Of a stretch of 59,266 bases of DNA, positions 44,548 through 53,216 are shown one piece after another; position 1 is the stretch's first letter, and every line of letters begins with the position of its first letter. The stretch lies in assembly GCA_964627095.1 (NCBI GenBank), contig CAZVKH010000005.1, positions 16,067-75,332 on the forward strand, read 5' to 3'. The notes beneath the pieces were generated by a model. That model did not search any database. It had not been told where the DNA came from and saw only the letters and a list, made by a program, of their open reading frames with translations. The position numbers and the translations under genes were made by a program. The DNA comes from an uncultured Candidatus Saccharibacteria bacterium. Its GTDB lineage: Bacteria > Patescibacteriota > Saccharimonadia > Saccharimonadales > JAUPVS01.

Positions 44548-45296
44548 TAACGCGTGCCCTCACAGTTAATGATTTTAGCCAAGCTAGGTGTGTTTCGTTC
44601 CCAGGCTGTTCGAGCCTTAATATAATCGTCGGCGTTAGCGTAAGCCTGTGGAGTTGGTGGAGCATAATATAGACGGAAGGGGCTGCGGGCTTCTCCAACG
44701 GTACTACCCAATACGGCCACCCGGCCTTTGTCACTACCAACCGTCATCGATATTTTTGAACCATCGGCCACATCAACCATTGAGGCAGTGGTGACAGTAT
44801 CGGCCCACCAGGTGTTAGCAAAGCCAGCTTTGCGACCCACCGACCACCAAGTGTGCCCGTACCCAGCCTTACCAGAGTCTGACTTGGTGTACGATTCAAT
44901 CCACAAACTTGGTTGGCCATTCTTTGAACTAGAAGTATTGGTCTCGTACTTTAGGTCGGCCGGCTTACTGGCGACCACGGTGACCTTGGCTTTTTTAGAG
45001 GCCGCATCGTTGGCCAGCTCTTGAGGGGTGCCTTGATATTGCTTACAGGCCGTGAACTTCACTTGGTCACCATCACCGTTGATAGTGCTGTAAGGCGTCA
45101 CCTTTGTCCAACGTGTGGCCTTGGCCTTAAGATCATTTTCTTTCCATTTAGAGTAACCAATCGTGCCCAAGAATACTAGGGCCAACACTAGCAGCAGACC
45201 AACTAGGATCTGTAGAAGGCGAGGTTTAGACGATGTTACATTGCGTGATACTGTCTTGGAAGCTGGTTTTTGGGTAGATTTTTTTGGAGCGGCCAT
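44547..45296 (-). CDS. N-anchored protein, paralog family member 4 (longer, 249 aa)
   Basis: I take the start at ATG 45296 (MAAPKKSTQKP), preceded by SD aaaaagga. Contains YSKWKENDLKAKA, FTAC, VASKPAD (also in member 1), TWWADTV and a near-terminal Cys (INCEGTR). Confidence 0.68.
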   Translation of the reverse strand: MAAPKKSTQKPASKTVSRNVTSSKPRLLQILVGLLLVLALVFLGTIGYSKWKENDLKAKATRWTKVTPYSTINGDGDQVKFTACKQYQGTPQELANDAASKKAKVTVVASKPADLKYETNTSSSKNGQPSLWIESYTKSDSGKAGYGHTWWSVGRKAGFANTWWADTVTTASMVDVADGSKISMTVGSDKGRVAVLGSTVGEARSPFRLYYAPPTPQAYANADDYIKARTAWERNTPSLAKIINCEGTR

Positions 45297-45390
45297 TTTT
45301 ATCCTTTTTGTGTTTGTACTGTTAGGCTCATGGTAATAACATTTGCCGCTTATGTCAATAAAGAGGCTGGTCGGGTACGGTGGCAACTGT

Positions 45391-45396
45391 TACAAT
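45391..45396 (+). promoter_or_regulatory. Extended -10 box positioned for a leaderless mRNA
   Basis: TGtTACAAT lies 7 nt before ATG 45404. Confidence 0.55.
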
Positions 45397-45403
45397 ATTG
45401 CTT

Positions 45404-46633
45404 ATGATTAATGACATGCATGGGTCTAAAGGCCCTTTTAACAAACAACCAAAAACCAACGAACCAGAGGCCGAGGACGACGATTTTATGGTGGTGCCAG
45501 AAGATGGCAGCCCCGACACACTGCCGATTGACCCAATCGAAAAACCACCCAAAACTAAATCTAAGCGGCGCTTTCACGTCTGGCCGGCTAGGTGGTCAAC
45601 TAAGAAGAAACGAATCTGTACGGCCATTCTTGTTATAGTCCTGTTGCTAGCCGCCGGGGCTGGCTATTATTTCTACCAGCAGTCCCATAAGACCAGCAAA
45701 GCCGTGGTCGTCGTAGGGAGTAAAACCGAACCAGCCAAGCCAACCACCGAAGCATCACGCCTTACCGGCGTACAAGTCGACCCAGCTTCTAACCAGCGCG
45801 TGGTAACGGGTGTCATGATAGAAAACAGCCCCGATGCCCGGCCGCAATCCGGTCTAGTCGATGCTGGCTTTGTGTTTGAGGCCGTCGCCGAAGGCGGTAT
45901 CACCAGATTCTTAGCTTTGTACCAAGAAGGCCAGCCAAGCTCAATCGGTCCGATTCGCAGCGCTCGGCCATACTATCTAGACTGGGTTCTGCCGTTTAAT
46001 GCCACCTACGCCCACGTTGGCGGTAGCCCCGAGGCTTTAGCGCAAATTAAATCGTTAGGCGTACGCGACCTTGATCAATTTGCCAATGGCGGCGCCTACG
46101 AACGAATCTCAACGCGTTACGCACCTCATAACGTTTACAGCAGCGCCGCCCGCTTGTATGACTTAGCGCAAAAGAAGGGCTACACCAGTAGTACTTTTAC
46201 TAGCTTGCCGCGCAAAACCGAAGCGGCATCAGCCACACCCAATGCCAAAACCATCGACTTGTCGATATCCGGACCTTTGTATAACCCACACTACGACTAT
46301 GATGCCGCTACCAACTCCTACAAGCGTAGCGAGGGTGGCAAGCCACACATCGAACAAATCACCGGCAACCAACTTTCTCCTAAGGTGGTTATCGCCCTGG
46401 TTATGCCCAGCGCCATCGCATCGGACGGCACCCATAACAGCTACACCACTACCGGCAGTAACACGGCCTTTGTGTTTCAGGACGGCGTGGTTACGCAAGG
46501 TACCTGGAAGAAAGATTCGCGCACTGCCCAGTTCGTCTTTACCGACGCTGCCGGCCAGCCACTTAAGCTAAACCCTGGTCAGACCTGGGTTAGCATGGTC
46601 AACGCCAGTAGTTCAGTCGTCTACAAACCTTAA
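45404..46633 (+). CDS. DUF3048-domain protein, N-terminally anchored
   Basis: VMIENSPDARPQSGLVDAGFVFEAVAEGGITRFLALY...IGPIRSARPYY is the DUF3048 (YerB-like) signature. I place the start at ATG 45404 rather than GTG 45380. Confidence 0.78.
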   Translation: MINDMHGSKGPFNKQPKTNEPEAEDDDFMVVPEDGSPDTLPIDPIEKPPKTKSKRRFHVWPARWSTKKKRICTAILVIVLLLAAGAGYYFYQQSHKTSKAVVVVGSKTEPAKPTTEASRLTGVQVDPASNQRVVTGVMIENSPDARPQSGLVDAGFVFEAVAEGGITRFLALYQEGQPSSIGPIRSARPYYLDWVLPFNATYAHVGGSPEALAQIKSLGVRDLDQFANGGAYERISTRYAPHNVYSSAARLYDLAQKKGYTSSTFTSLPRKTEAASATPNAKTIDLSISGPLYNPHYDYDAATNSYKRSEGGKPHIEQITGNQLSPKVVIALVMPSAIASDGTHNSYTTTGSNTAFVFQDGVVTQGTWKKDSRTAQFVFTDAAGQPLKLNPGQTWVSMVNASSSVVYKP

Positions 46634-46642
46634 GCCACGAGC

Positions 46643-48187
46643 ATGGATCACTTCCACCGACTTAAGCGCCAGGTTCAGCATTATATATTCTTGCTTGGAA
46701 CTTTAGCAGTAGTCTTTTTGGTGGGCGGCGCCTGGATAATCCGGCGCATCTTTCCCGACAACAACGACATTTTGGTGAGCGGCGGATTGCTATTGTTTGG
46801 CTGGCTGGTTGTCTGGCTACTTTCGGTTATCCTAACAAACTATGCTCTGCAACCGCTCGAAACCATCTGGCGGGCAATTTTGCATGTGACACCCGGCCAC
46901 ACCAGCACGGCTCCACCTAACCTAGAAAAGAGTAAGATTGGCCAAGAGTTGGTCACTACTTTAGCGCTGCAGGTTTATCAGTTAGCCAGCAGTAACGCCA
47001 GTCTCCAGCAAACCACCAAGCCAGTTAACGCTAGTGCCGACTTAGAAAGCGACATTTTTCAGAACTTTCCACTGCCAATTCTGGCAATATCCAAAAACCA
47101 GACTATTAGCATCGCCAACGAGTCAGCCTTAGCCTATCTTGGTCTCAAGAAAGAAGATGTTTTTCAGAAGAATCTTTATTCGGTGCTCGATTTATCATTT
47201 TCTGATGAACGCACTCTGGATAACTGGCTACAACACTGCCGCCAAAATAAGGCGACCGACCAACATTTTTGGCAACGCGTTCGGCTCAAGCTAGCTGACC
47301 AAGCAACTGTTAAACAATTCGATTTAGCAGCCGCCTACAGTAAAGAGAATCCTAACGGCATAGAAGTAATCATTAGTCTGTTCGATCAAACCAGCCGTTA
47401 CCAGATCGACGATGAAGCGCTCGACTTTATCGCCTTAGCCGTGCACGAACTGCGCACGCCGCTAACTGCCTTGCGCGGCTATATCGAGGTCTTCGAAGAT
47501 GAACTCAGTCCGCAGCTTAGTCCCGAACTGCTCGGCTTCATGCATAGCATGCAGACCTCGGCTCAACAGCTCACTGCTTTTGTTAGTAATATCTTAAATG
47601 TCGCCCGCATCCAGGAAGGGCAACTAGCTTTGCAACTAACCGAAGAGAATTGGGAGGCGGTAGTTAAAAATGCCGTCGATAATATGAGCTTAGCAGCCAA
47701 GCTTAAAGGCATCACCATAACCGCAACCGTCGACCCTAAGGTACCAAGCGTAGCCGTCGACAAAATTAGTATCACCGAAGTTCTTAACAACTTGCTCGAC
47801 AATGCCATTAAGTACAGCGGCACCAGCAAAACAATTCAAGTTAGCGCCAGCATGACCAACGATGGTCTGGTCGAGACCGTCGTGAGTGACACCGGTGTAG
47901 GTATTCCGTCTAGTGTCATGCCCAACTTGTTCGAAAAGTTTCATCGCAACCACCGTAACCAGGCCCGCATCGGTGGTACCGGCCTGGGCTTGTACCTATG
48001 CGCCTCACTTGTTAAAGCCCATAGTGGTAATATTTGGCTCAAGTCCAAGGAGGGCGAGGGCACCAGCGTTGGCTTTACCGTTCAACCCTATAGCCTGCTT
48101 GCAGGAAAGCTAAAAGATAGTGATAATAAGGGCATCACCCGTAACGCCCACGGCTGGATTAAAAACCACTCATTATATAGAAGGTAG
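46643..48187 (+). CDS. Sensor histidine kinase
   Basis: Two N-terminal TM helices, a PAS-like segment, H-box AVHELRTPLTALRGY, N-box LLDNAIKYS, and G-boxes DTGVGIP and GGTGLGL. Confidence 0.88.
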   Translation: MDHFHRLKRQVQHYIFLLGTLAVVFLVGGAWIIRRIFPDNNDILVSGGLLLFGWLVVWLLSVILTNYALQPLETIWRAILHVTPGHTSTAPPNLEKSKIGQELVTTLALQVYQLASSNASLQQTTKPVNASADLESDIFQNFPLPILAISKNQTISIANESALAYLGLKKEDVFQKNLYSVLDLSFSDERTLDNWLQHCRQNKATDQHFWQRVRLKLADQATVKQFDLAAAYSKENPNGIEVIISLFDQTSRYQIDDEALDFIALAVHELRTPLTALRGYIEVFEDELSPQLSPELLGFMHSMQTSAQQLTAFVSNILNVARIQEGQLALQLTEENWEAVVKNAVDNMSLAAKLKGITITATVDPKVPSVAVDKISITEVLNNLLDNAIKYSGTSKTIQVSASMTNDGLVETVVSDTGVGIPSSVMPNLFEKFHRNHRNQARIGGTGLGLYLCASLVKAHSGNIWLKSKEGEGTSVGFTVQPYSLLAGKLKDSDNKGITRNAHGWIKNHSLYRR

Positions 48188-48196
48188 GGAACTAAT

Positions 48197-48595
48197 ATGG
48201 ATCAACCAACTACAACCACGCCAACTACTGCCAAGAAAGTTCTTTGCATCGAAGATGAGCACTTTATTGGTGAGCTCTATGCCCGCGCCCTCGACAAGGG
48301 CGGCTACCAAGTTAAGGTGGTGGTCGACGGAGCTGAAGGGCTTAAAGAAGCTCAGTCCGACCAATACGATATTATTTTGCTCGACTTAATGGTGCCTAAT
48401 ATAACTGGCATGGAAATCCTTAAGCAGCTGCGTGGCCCCAACCAGCCAGCCCTTAAAGCCAAGATTATTATCACCACTAACCTAGAGCAAAAAGAAGAAA
48501 CCCGCGCCGCCATCGAGCAGCAAGCCGATGGCTACCTTATTAAGGCCGAGGTCACACCCAAGCAGCTAGTTGGCATCCTCGACACGCTCAACTAG
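48197..48595 (+). CDS. Stand-alone response-regulator receiver (CheY-like)
   Basis: Receiver motifs VLCIEDE, phospho-acceptor context IILLDLMVP, and a conserved T and K (IIITTN, YLIKA). There is no output domain (132 aa). SD aaggtaggg. Confidence 0.88.
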   Translation: MDQPTTTTPTTAKKVLCIEDEHFIGELYARALDKGGYQVKVVVDGAEGLKEAQSDQYDIILLDLMVPNITGMEILKQLRGPNQPALKAKIIITTNLEQKEETRAAIEQQADGYLIKAEVTPKQLVGILDTLN

Positions 48596-48597
48596 TC

Positions 48598-48603
48598 TAC
48601 AAT
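48598..48603 (+). promoter_or_regulatory. -10 box positioned for a leaderless umuD-like/umuC mRNA
   Basis: TACAAT lies 6 nt before ATG 48610. Confidence 0.55.
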
Positions 48604-48609
48604 AGAGAC

Positions 48610-48942
48610 ATGAGCGACAAAGATGACGTAGGTGTTTCCATTCATGCCGGCTTTCCCAACCCGGCGGCCGACCGCAACCTGGCCGAGGTTGACCTGCATC
48701 GGCTGCTGGTTAAGCAACCGGTCAGCACTTTCTTCATGCAAATCGCTGGCAACGACTGGGAAGATCGGTCAATTTTTGACGGTGACATCGTGGTGATTGA
48801 TCGCTCTCTAACAGCCCGTCCGGCCGACCTGGTTATTGCCACCAAAGATGCTGATTTTTTAATAACACCGCTGGGTAAACTCCCGGCAGATAGTGTTTTT
48901 TGGGGAACCGTAACCGCGGTGGTACACCGCTACCGTAAATAG
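48610..48942 (+). CDS. UmuD-like S24-fold protein lacking the Ser/Lys catalytic dyad
   Basis: AGFPNPAADRNLAEVDLHRLLVKQPVSTFFMQIAGNDWEDRSIFDGDIVVIDRS aligns with E. coli UmuD [54 protein letters not shown]. It sits directly upstream of umuC. Confidence 0.75.
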   Translation: MSDKDDVGVSIHAGFPNPAADRNLAEVDLHRLLVKQPVSTFFMQIAGNDWEDRSIFDGDIVVIDRSLTARPADLVIATKDADFLITPLGKLPADSVFWGTVTAVVHRYRK

Positions 48943-48943
48943 T

Positions 48944-50230
48944 ATGAAGCAGCCCATTTTTGCCCTAATCGACTGTAATAACTTTTTTGTCAGTTGCGAA
49001 CGCCTGTTCCGACCCGAATTAGCCACCCGACCAGTTGTAGTGCTGTCCAGTAACGACGGTTGCGCCGTGTCCCGCTCCAACGAAGCCAAGGCCCTGGGAA
49101 TTCCCATGGGAGCACCGGCTTTTAAATACCGCCAGCTCTTTAAGGCCAATGGTGTAGTATCGTTTTCGGCCAATTTTGAATTGTATGGTGATCTGTCGAA
49201 AAGACTGGTGCAAATATTAACGGCCATTACGCCGCGCCTCGAAGTCTACTCGGTGGACGAGTCTTTTCTGGACCTCAGCCTAATGGCTATCGATGACCAC
49301 GAACAATGGGCCAAAAACTTGCGGGCCCAGGTACTACGCGACATCGGCATTCCTGTTTCTATCGGCATCGGCGGCAGCAAAACGCTGGCTAAAATCGGGG
49401 CTGATATTGGCAAGAAGGATCCAAGTAGCGCTGGCGTTCGTGACCTTTATCACATGTCTTCGGCCGAGCGACAGGCCGCCCTAGAAACTATTCCAATCAG
49501 GAACGTCTGGGGTGTCGGTCGCCGGTTAGCGCCCCAACTTCAAGCCGATGGCGTCGCCAGCGCCGCTGATCTGGCACAATCACGTTCGGCCCGGGCTCGG
49601 CAGCTTATGGGTGTCCACGGCGCCCAAATGGTCTTGGAACTTAACGGTACTAGCTGCATTCCTTTAGAACGCCAGCACAAACCACAAAAGATGATTTCGC
49701 GCGGACGCACCTTTGGCGAAGACACCAACCAAGCCCACGTCGTCGAAGCCGCCCTGGCCAGCTTTGCTGCCCAAAGTGCCTACCGCCTACGCCAAAGCCA
49801 GCAACTAACGCGGCGGGCCAGTATTTTTTTGAATAGCGACCGTCACAAAGCCGGCTACCACCAGTGGGGTAGCGAAATCGTCTTTGGCGCGCCAACGGCC
49901 GACACCGGCCAGCTGATTGGCGCTGTCATAAACGCCTTCGGCAAAATTTATGACAAGAGCGCTGCCTACCACCGCGCCAGCGTCACACTACACGATTTAG
50001 TGCCCGATAACGTCTTTCAGGTCGACTTACTGGGCGAAGCTAACCCAGCCCAGCACGTCCTTAAGGTTGCTCGCAGCCGCGCCGTCGACACCCTTAACAA
50101 ACGCTTCGGCAAGCGCACCGTCCGTTATGCCGCCGAAGATCTGGCTTCGGCCTGGGAACCGCGTCGCAAACTAAAAAGCCCGCGCTACACCACCAGCTGG
50201 GATGAATTGCCTAAGGTTAAACCGCTTTAA
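48944..50230 (+). CDS. umuC: Y-family DNA polymerase, UmuC-type
   Basis: N-terminus FALIDCNNFFVSCERLFRPELATRPVVVLSSNDGCAVSRSNEAKALGIPMG closely parallels E. coli UmuC. It also has SVDESFLDL. Confidence 0.9.
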   Translation: MKQPIFALIDCNNFFVSCERLFRPELATRPVVVLSSNDGCAVSRSNEAKALGIPMGAPAFKYRQLFKANGVVSFSANFELYGDLSKRLVQILTAITPRLEVYSVDESFLDLSLMAIDDHEQWAKNLRAQVLRDIGIPVSIGIGGSKTLAKIGADIGKKDPSSAGVRDLYHMSSAERQAALETIPIRNVWGVGRRLAPQLQADGVASAADLAQSRSARARQLMGVHGAQMVLELNGTSCIPLERQHKPQKMISRGRTFGEDTNQAHVVEAALASFAAQSAYRLRQSQQLTRRASIFLNSDRHKAGYHQWGSEIVFGAPTADTGQLIGAVINAFGKIYDKSAAYHRASVTLHDLVPDNVFQVDLLGEANPAQHVLKVARSRAVDTLNKRFGKRTVRYAAEDLASAWEPRRKLKSPRYTTSWDELPKVKPL

Positions 50231-50895
50231 CCGCGAGGGAATTTGCGCTGAAAGAACTTGCGCATATGAAAGCCGATAATTTCAAGGTTGGCATAAACGA
50301 TGGCTTCGGGACTATCGAATTTAAGGGTTGGTTCAACCTTGGCCGGGAGTTTACTCAGTAAGTGGTGGTTTTTGTCGGTTTTAGTGGCCTCACTCAAGCC
50401 ATTAGTAAAGTTATAGCCGGTACTGGTAGTAAACTTTGAGTGAACGGGGTAACGCCATAAATTTAGATGGCCGTCATAAAGCAGTTTGGTTCCGGTTTCA
50501 TCAAGGGGAGCACATAACACCAAGGATGAGTCATTTAGCAAGGCAATACGTCCAGTGTTGCGTCCATCGGCTTCCGAAACTACCCAGCCCTCGCCAACAG
50601 CACTGGCTTCGGTTTCTTTAGCACCTATACGAGGCGGCTTTGACACACGGCGAAACCAATTATGTTTTTCGTGCATGGCAGCCCTAGCCGTCAGCTCGGT
50701 TGCTACTTCAACAACTTCAACTTCTTCGGCAATGTGCCCCGCCAGCAAGCGACTCGTTAGGTAGTCGGCAGCTGCGCCAATTTCGGCAGCTTTATCAAGC
50801 ACAACATCAACTGCCGCACGATGGGCGTCGGCATGAAATTGACCAATTTCTTGTGACGGTGTCTGGGGGACTGGCTGATTAAGAAAATAACTCAT
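50227..50895 (-). CDS. Hypothetical protein (222 aa)
   Basis: Clean ORF with SD gaaagga, downstream of the lipoprotein gene. I recognise no motif. Confidence 0.5.
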   Translation of the reverse strand: MSYFLNQPVPQTPSQEIGQFHADAHRAAVDVVLDKAAEIGAAADYLTSRLLAGHIAEEVEVVEVATELTARAAMHEKHNWFRRVSKPPRIGAKETEASAVGEGWVVSEADGRNTGRIALLNDSSLVLCAPLDETGTKLLYDGHLNLWRYPVHSKFTTSTGYNFTNGLSEATKTDKNHHLLSKLPAKVEPTLKFDSPEAIVYANLEIIGFHMRKFFQRKFPRG

Positions 50896-50907
50896 AATAT
50901 TCCTTTC

Positions 50908-51495
50908 CTAGGCAGGAAGGCCGCCTTCGGGGATTACTTGCGGAACCTCATCCAAAGGTTCGGTTGACTCATTACCATAGAAACTAAATTCCGGTAGGCA
51001 ATCCAGTCGAAAGTAGGTACTACCGTCGCTGGCCAATCGGGCCGTAAAGACAGCGTCGTAACCAGCTTCGTGACTGTCAATCAGCTCAACGTAGTCGTCG
51101 TTGTACAGATCAACCGTCACCGACTTGTCAGGATTATTCGACGTTGATATCCGGTATGCAAATTCGCCCAATCCCTGAACGGTGGCACCGCTCGACATAA
51201 AAGGATAGCCCTTAGCGTCAGACTGATCACTAAAACCAATCGTTGTCGTGTAGTCCTCTTTATCGGTTGGGTCGGTGTCGATGCTGCTAGCCCAGCCCTC
51301 CGGATCATCAAAACAGCTGCCGGTCGAAAAGTTTTCGCGCGGAGCATCGGTGTAACCAAAATTCGGGTCGGCAGGAAGGTAATCAGACTCCGGATTTTTA
51401 TCAAAAGCCGTCGGCTTCTGCTCACCAGAAGAACAGCCAAGGGTCATTAGACCGGCCAGACTGGCTGCTGTAACTGAGGTGGTTAATCGATTCAT
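50908..51495 (-). CDS. Putative lipoprotein (195 aa)
   Basis: Starting at ATG 51495 gives MNRLTTSVTAASLAGLMTLGCSSGEQ, with lipobox L-G-C. The mature part is Asp/Glu/Ser-rich. The ORF-track start at 51657 adds an implausible 54 aa. Confidence 0.6.
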   Translation of the reverse strand: MNRLTTSVTAASLAGLMTLGCSSGEQKPTAFDKNPESDYLPADPNFGYTDAPRENFSTGSCFDDPEGWASSIDTDPTDKEDYTTTIGFSDQSDAKGYPFMSSGATVQGLGEFAYRISTSNNPDKSVTVDLYNDDYVELIDSHEAGYDAVFTARLASDGSTYFRLDCLPEFSFYGNESTEPLDEVPQVIPEGGLPA

Positions 51496-51504
51496 AACTA
51501 CGTT

Positions 51505-51510
51505 ATTATA
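51505..51510 (-). promoter_or_regulatory. -10 box close to the lipoprotein start
   Basis: The minus strand reads TATAAT-aacgtagtt-ATG (51495), a 9-nt gap. Confidence 0.45.
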
Positions 51511-51522
51511 GTAGATTTTGGA

Positions 51523-52884
51523 GTGAAAGTCAATATGTCGGTTATGCTTGCTTTCCTCCTGTCGGTGTTTAGAATAATAACCATGCTTAATATTACCGCT
51601 ACCGACGAACTGACCGGACGTTTTGCCTACTCGCACCTTGATGCTGCCTTGGACCAATCCAACGAAGAAGCTCGATTATCCGATGTTGTCTATGGTGGTT
51701 GGGTGCCAGGCCATTCAGACAAATATGCATTTGCCGAGCACGTTACCCAAACACTGCAAGAAAGTCCATTATGGGATCAACTGACAGAAGATGAACACCG
51801 CCTAATCTACGGCTACGCGCACCATGCAACAACGGGGCAGGCGATCTGGAAGGTAGAAGGCCAGCCCGGCGAGGATAATCTCTTTGGTCTACCCAGAGTA
51901 CACCGAACCATCGCTTTCACCGACAGCCATCTAAACATTGTCAGCGGCGTTGCCATGGTAGATCTCGTTAAGGAGGGTGTCGTTGAACCAGATGATTACG
52001 AAGACTACGGATTCGCTTCTAGGTTAGGTTTTCTGGCAGCCGTTGGCGGCTATATCGCTAGCAGCAAGGTCTATGACTTTAGTGGTGAGGAGCCGACCAT
52101 GCTATCAGCCGACAGCAACCCGTATGTCAAGTCTATGAAGTCTATCACCGGCGACTTGCACGGGGACCTCATTATGCGCCATACCCTGGTCTTCCCAGAA
52201 GGCGCCACCGATCCAATGGGGCAACGCCAGCTATTTGCACCAATCGAGAACGGCAACAGCTTACACGCCTACCACTCAACCGAACCATCCTTGGTTATCG
52301 GCCTATTCTACTGGGCGGATCAACTCGGCCTTAGCAAGTCTGAGCAAGAAAATTTGTGGAGCCAAGGTTTGGATCGTCTTAAAACTGGCGATGTTGAGCG
52401 GCCAAGGTTTGCTACCACTGCCGAGCAAGTTGGCGGCACCGACAGTTTATGGGCAACTATTTCAGCCGGCCAATACCGCAATCGCCCGACCGACGGTTCG
52501 GCTGATCAGACCCATCACTTTGGCTACAAACAAGTTGCTTTCGACATGTGGCTGACTGGTGGTAATCACTCTGGCATAGAACTATTCGTCACACCGTCCG
52601 GGCAGCTGGCAGCCCTGCCGGGTGGTCAAAATAATCACGCCGAGGAAGACGAGCTAGCTTTTAAACAGCGCATTGATCAGGGTATTTTCTTTGAACCAGC
52701 CGACCTAGCGGGGCTGATCAACATCACGCTCGAACAGGCCATGTGCGCCAAGGGCCGGACACCAGTCAATAACATTATCGACATGCTCAACGCCCGTTTC
52801 GACGACTCCGATGCCCTCATGACACTAAGTAGATATGCGGCGGCCCACGATATTCTGACGAGTAAACGCCAACAAGGGCGCTAG
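51523..52884 (+). CDS. Hypothetical protein (about 450 aa), no recognisable domain
   Basis: Long clean ORF. The start is ambiguous: GTG 51523 (10 nt after TATAGT) or ATG 51535. Confidence 0.55.
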   Translation: MKVNMSVMLAFLLSVFRIITMLNITATDELTGRFAYSHLDAALDQSNEEARLSDVVYGGWVPGHSDKYAFAEHVTQTLQESPLWDQLTEDEHRLIYGYAHHATTGQAIWKVEGQPGEDNLFGLPRVHRTIAFTDSHLNIVSGVAMVDLVKEGVVEPDDYEDYGFASRLGFLAAVGGYIASSKVYDFSGEEPTMLSADSNPYVKSMKSITGDLHGDLIMRHTLVFPEGATDPMGQRQLFAPIENGNSLHAYHSTEPSLVIGLFYWADQLGLSKSEQENLWSQGLDRLKTGDVERPRFATTAEQVGGTDSLWATISAGQYRNRPTDGSADQTHHFGYKQVAFDMWLTGGNHSGIELFVTPSGQLAALPGGQNNHAEEDELAFKQRIDQGIFFEPADLAGLINITLEQAMCAKGRTPVNNIIDMLNARFDDSDALMTLSRYAAAHDILTSKRQQGR

Positions 52885-52995
52885 AGCCCTGCGGGGTAAG
52901 CGCACGACTGCGGCCATGCTCGAAGCAAGCTTCTGCGCGTGGCCTGGCCGACCGAACCCTACGGCTTCGGCTCTCGAGGAGAGCAACCAGAGAAT

Positions 52996-53016
52996 AAAAA
53001 ACCACCCGTTGGGTGG
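52996..53016 (-). terminator. Intrinsic terminator after tRNA-Glu
   Basis: The minus strand reads CCACCC-aac-GGGTGG followed by TTTTTT. Confidence 0.65.
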
Positions 53017-53028
53017 CGTTTCATTCTC

Positions 53029-53105
53029 TGGTGACCCCTGCGGGATTCGAACCCGCGATCTTCAGGATGAGAACCTGATGTCCTAAACCGCTAGACGAAG
53101 GGGCC
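53029..53105 (-). tRNA. tRNA-Glu (anticodon CTC), CCA encoded
   Basis: The reverse complement is GGCCCCTTCGTCTAGCGGTTTAGGACATCAGGTTCTCATCCTGAAGATCGCGGGTTCGAATCCCGCAGGGGTCACCA. Anticodon loop TTCTCAT, T-arm GCGGGTTCGAATCCCGC. Confidence 0.93.
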
Positions 53106-53216
53106 GTGATGATTAACTGGTTAATACTAGCACAACAGGGGTCAAACGGCAACCATTGGCACCAGTGGCAGTGATTGCAGGGAACAGATGGGCGTGACAT
53201 AATGGTTATGGTAACC

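Noticed and set aside
52886-52900. Possible att-type partial duplicate of the tRNA-Glu 3' end (ccctgcggg), which would mark an integrated element.
   Set aside because: The match is only 9 nt, lies 130 nt from the tRNA, and no integrase or second boundary is present. It is too short to distinguish from chance.
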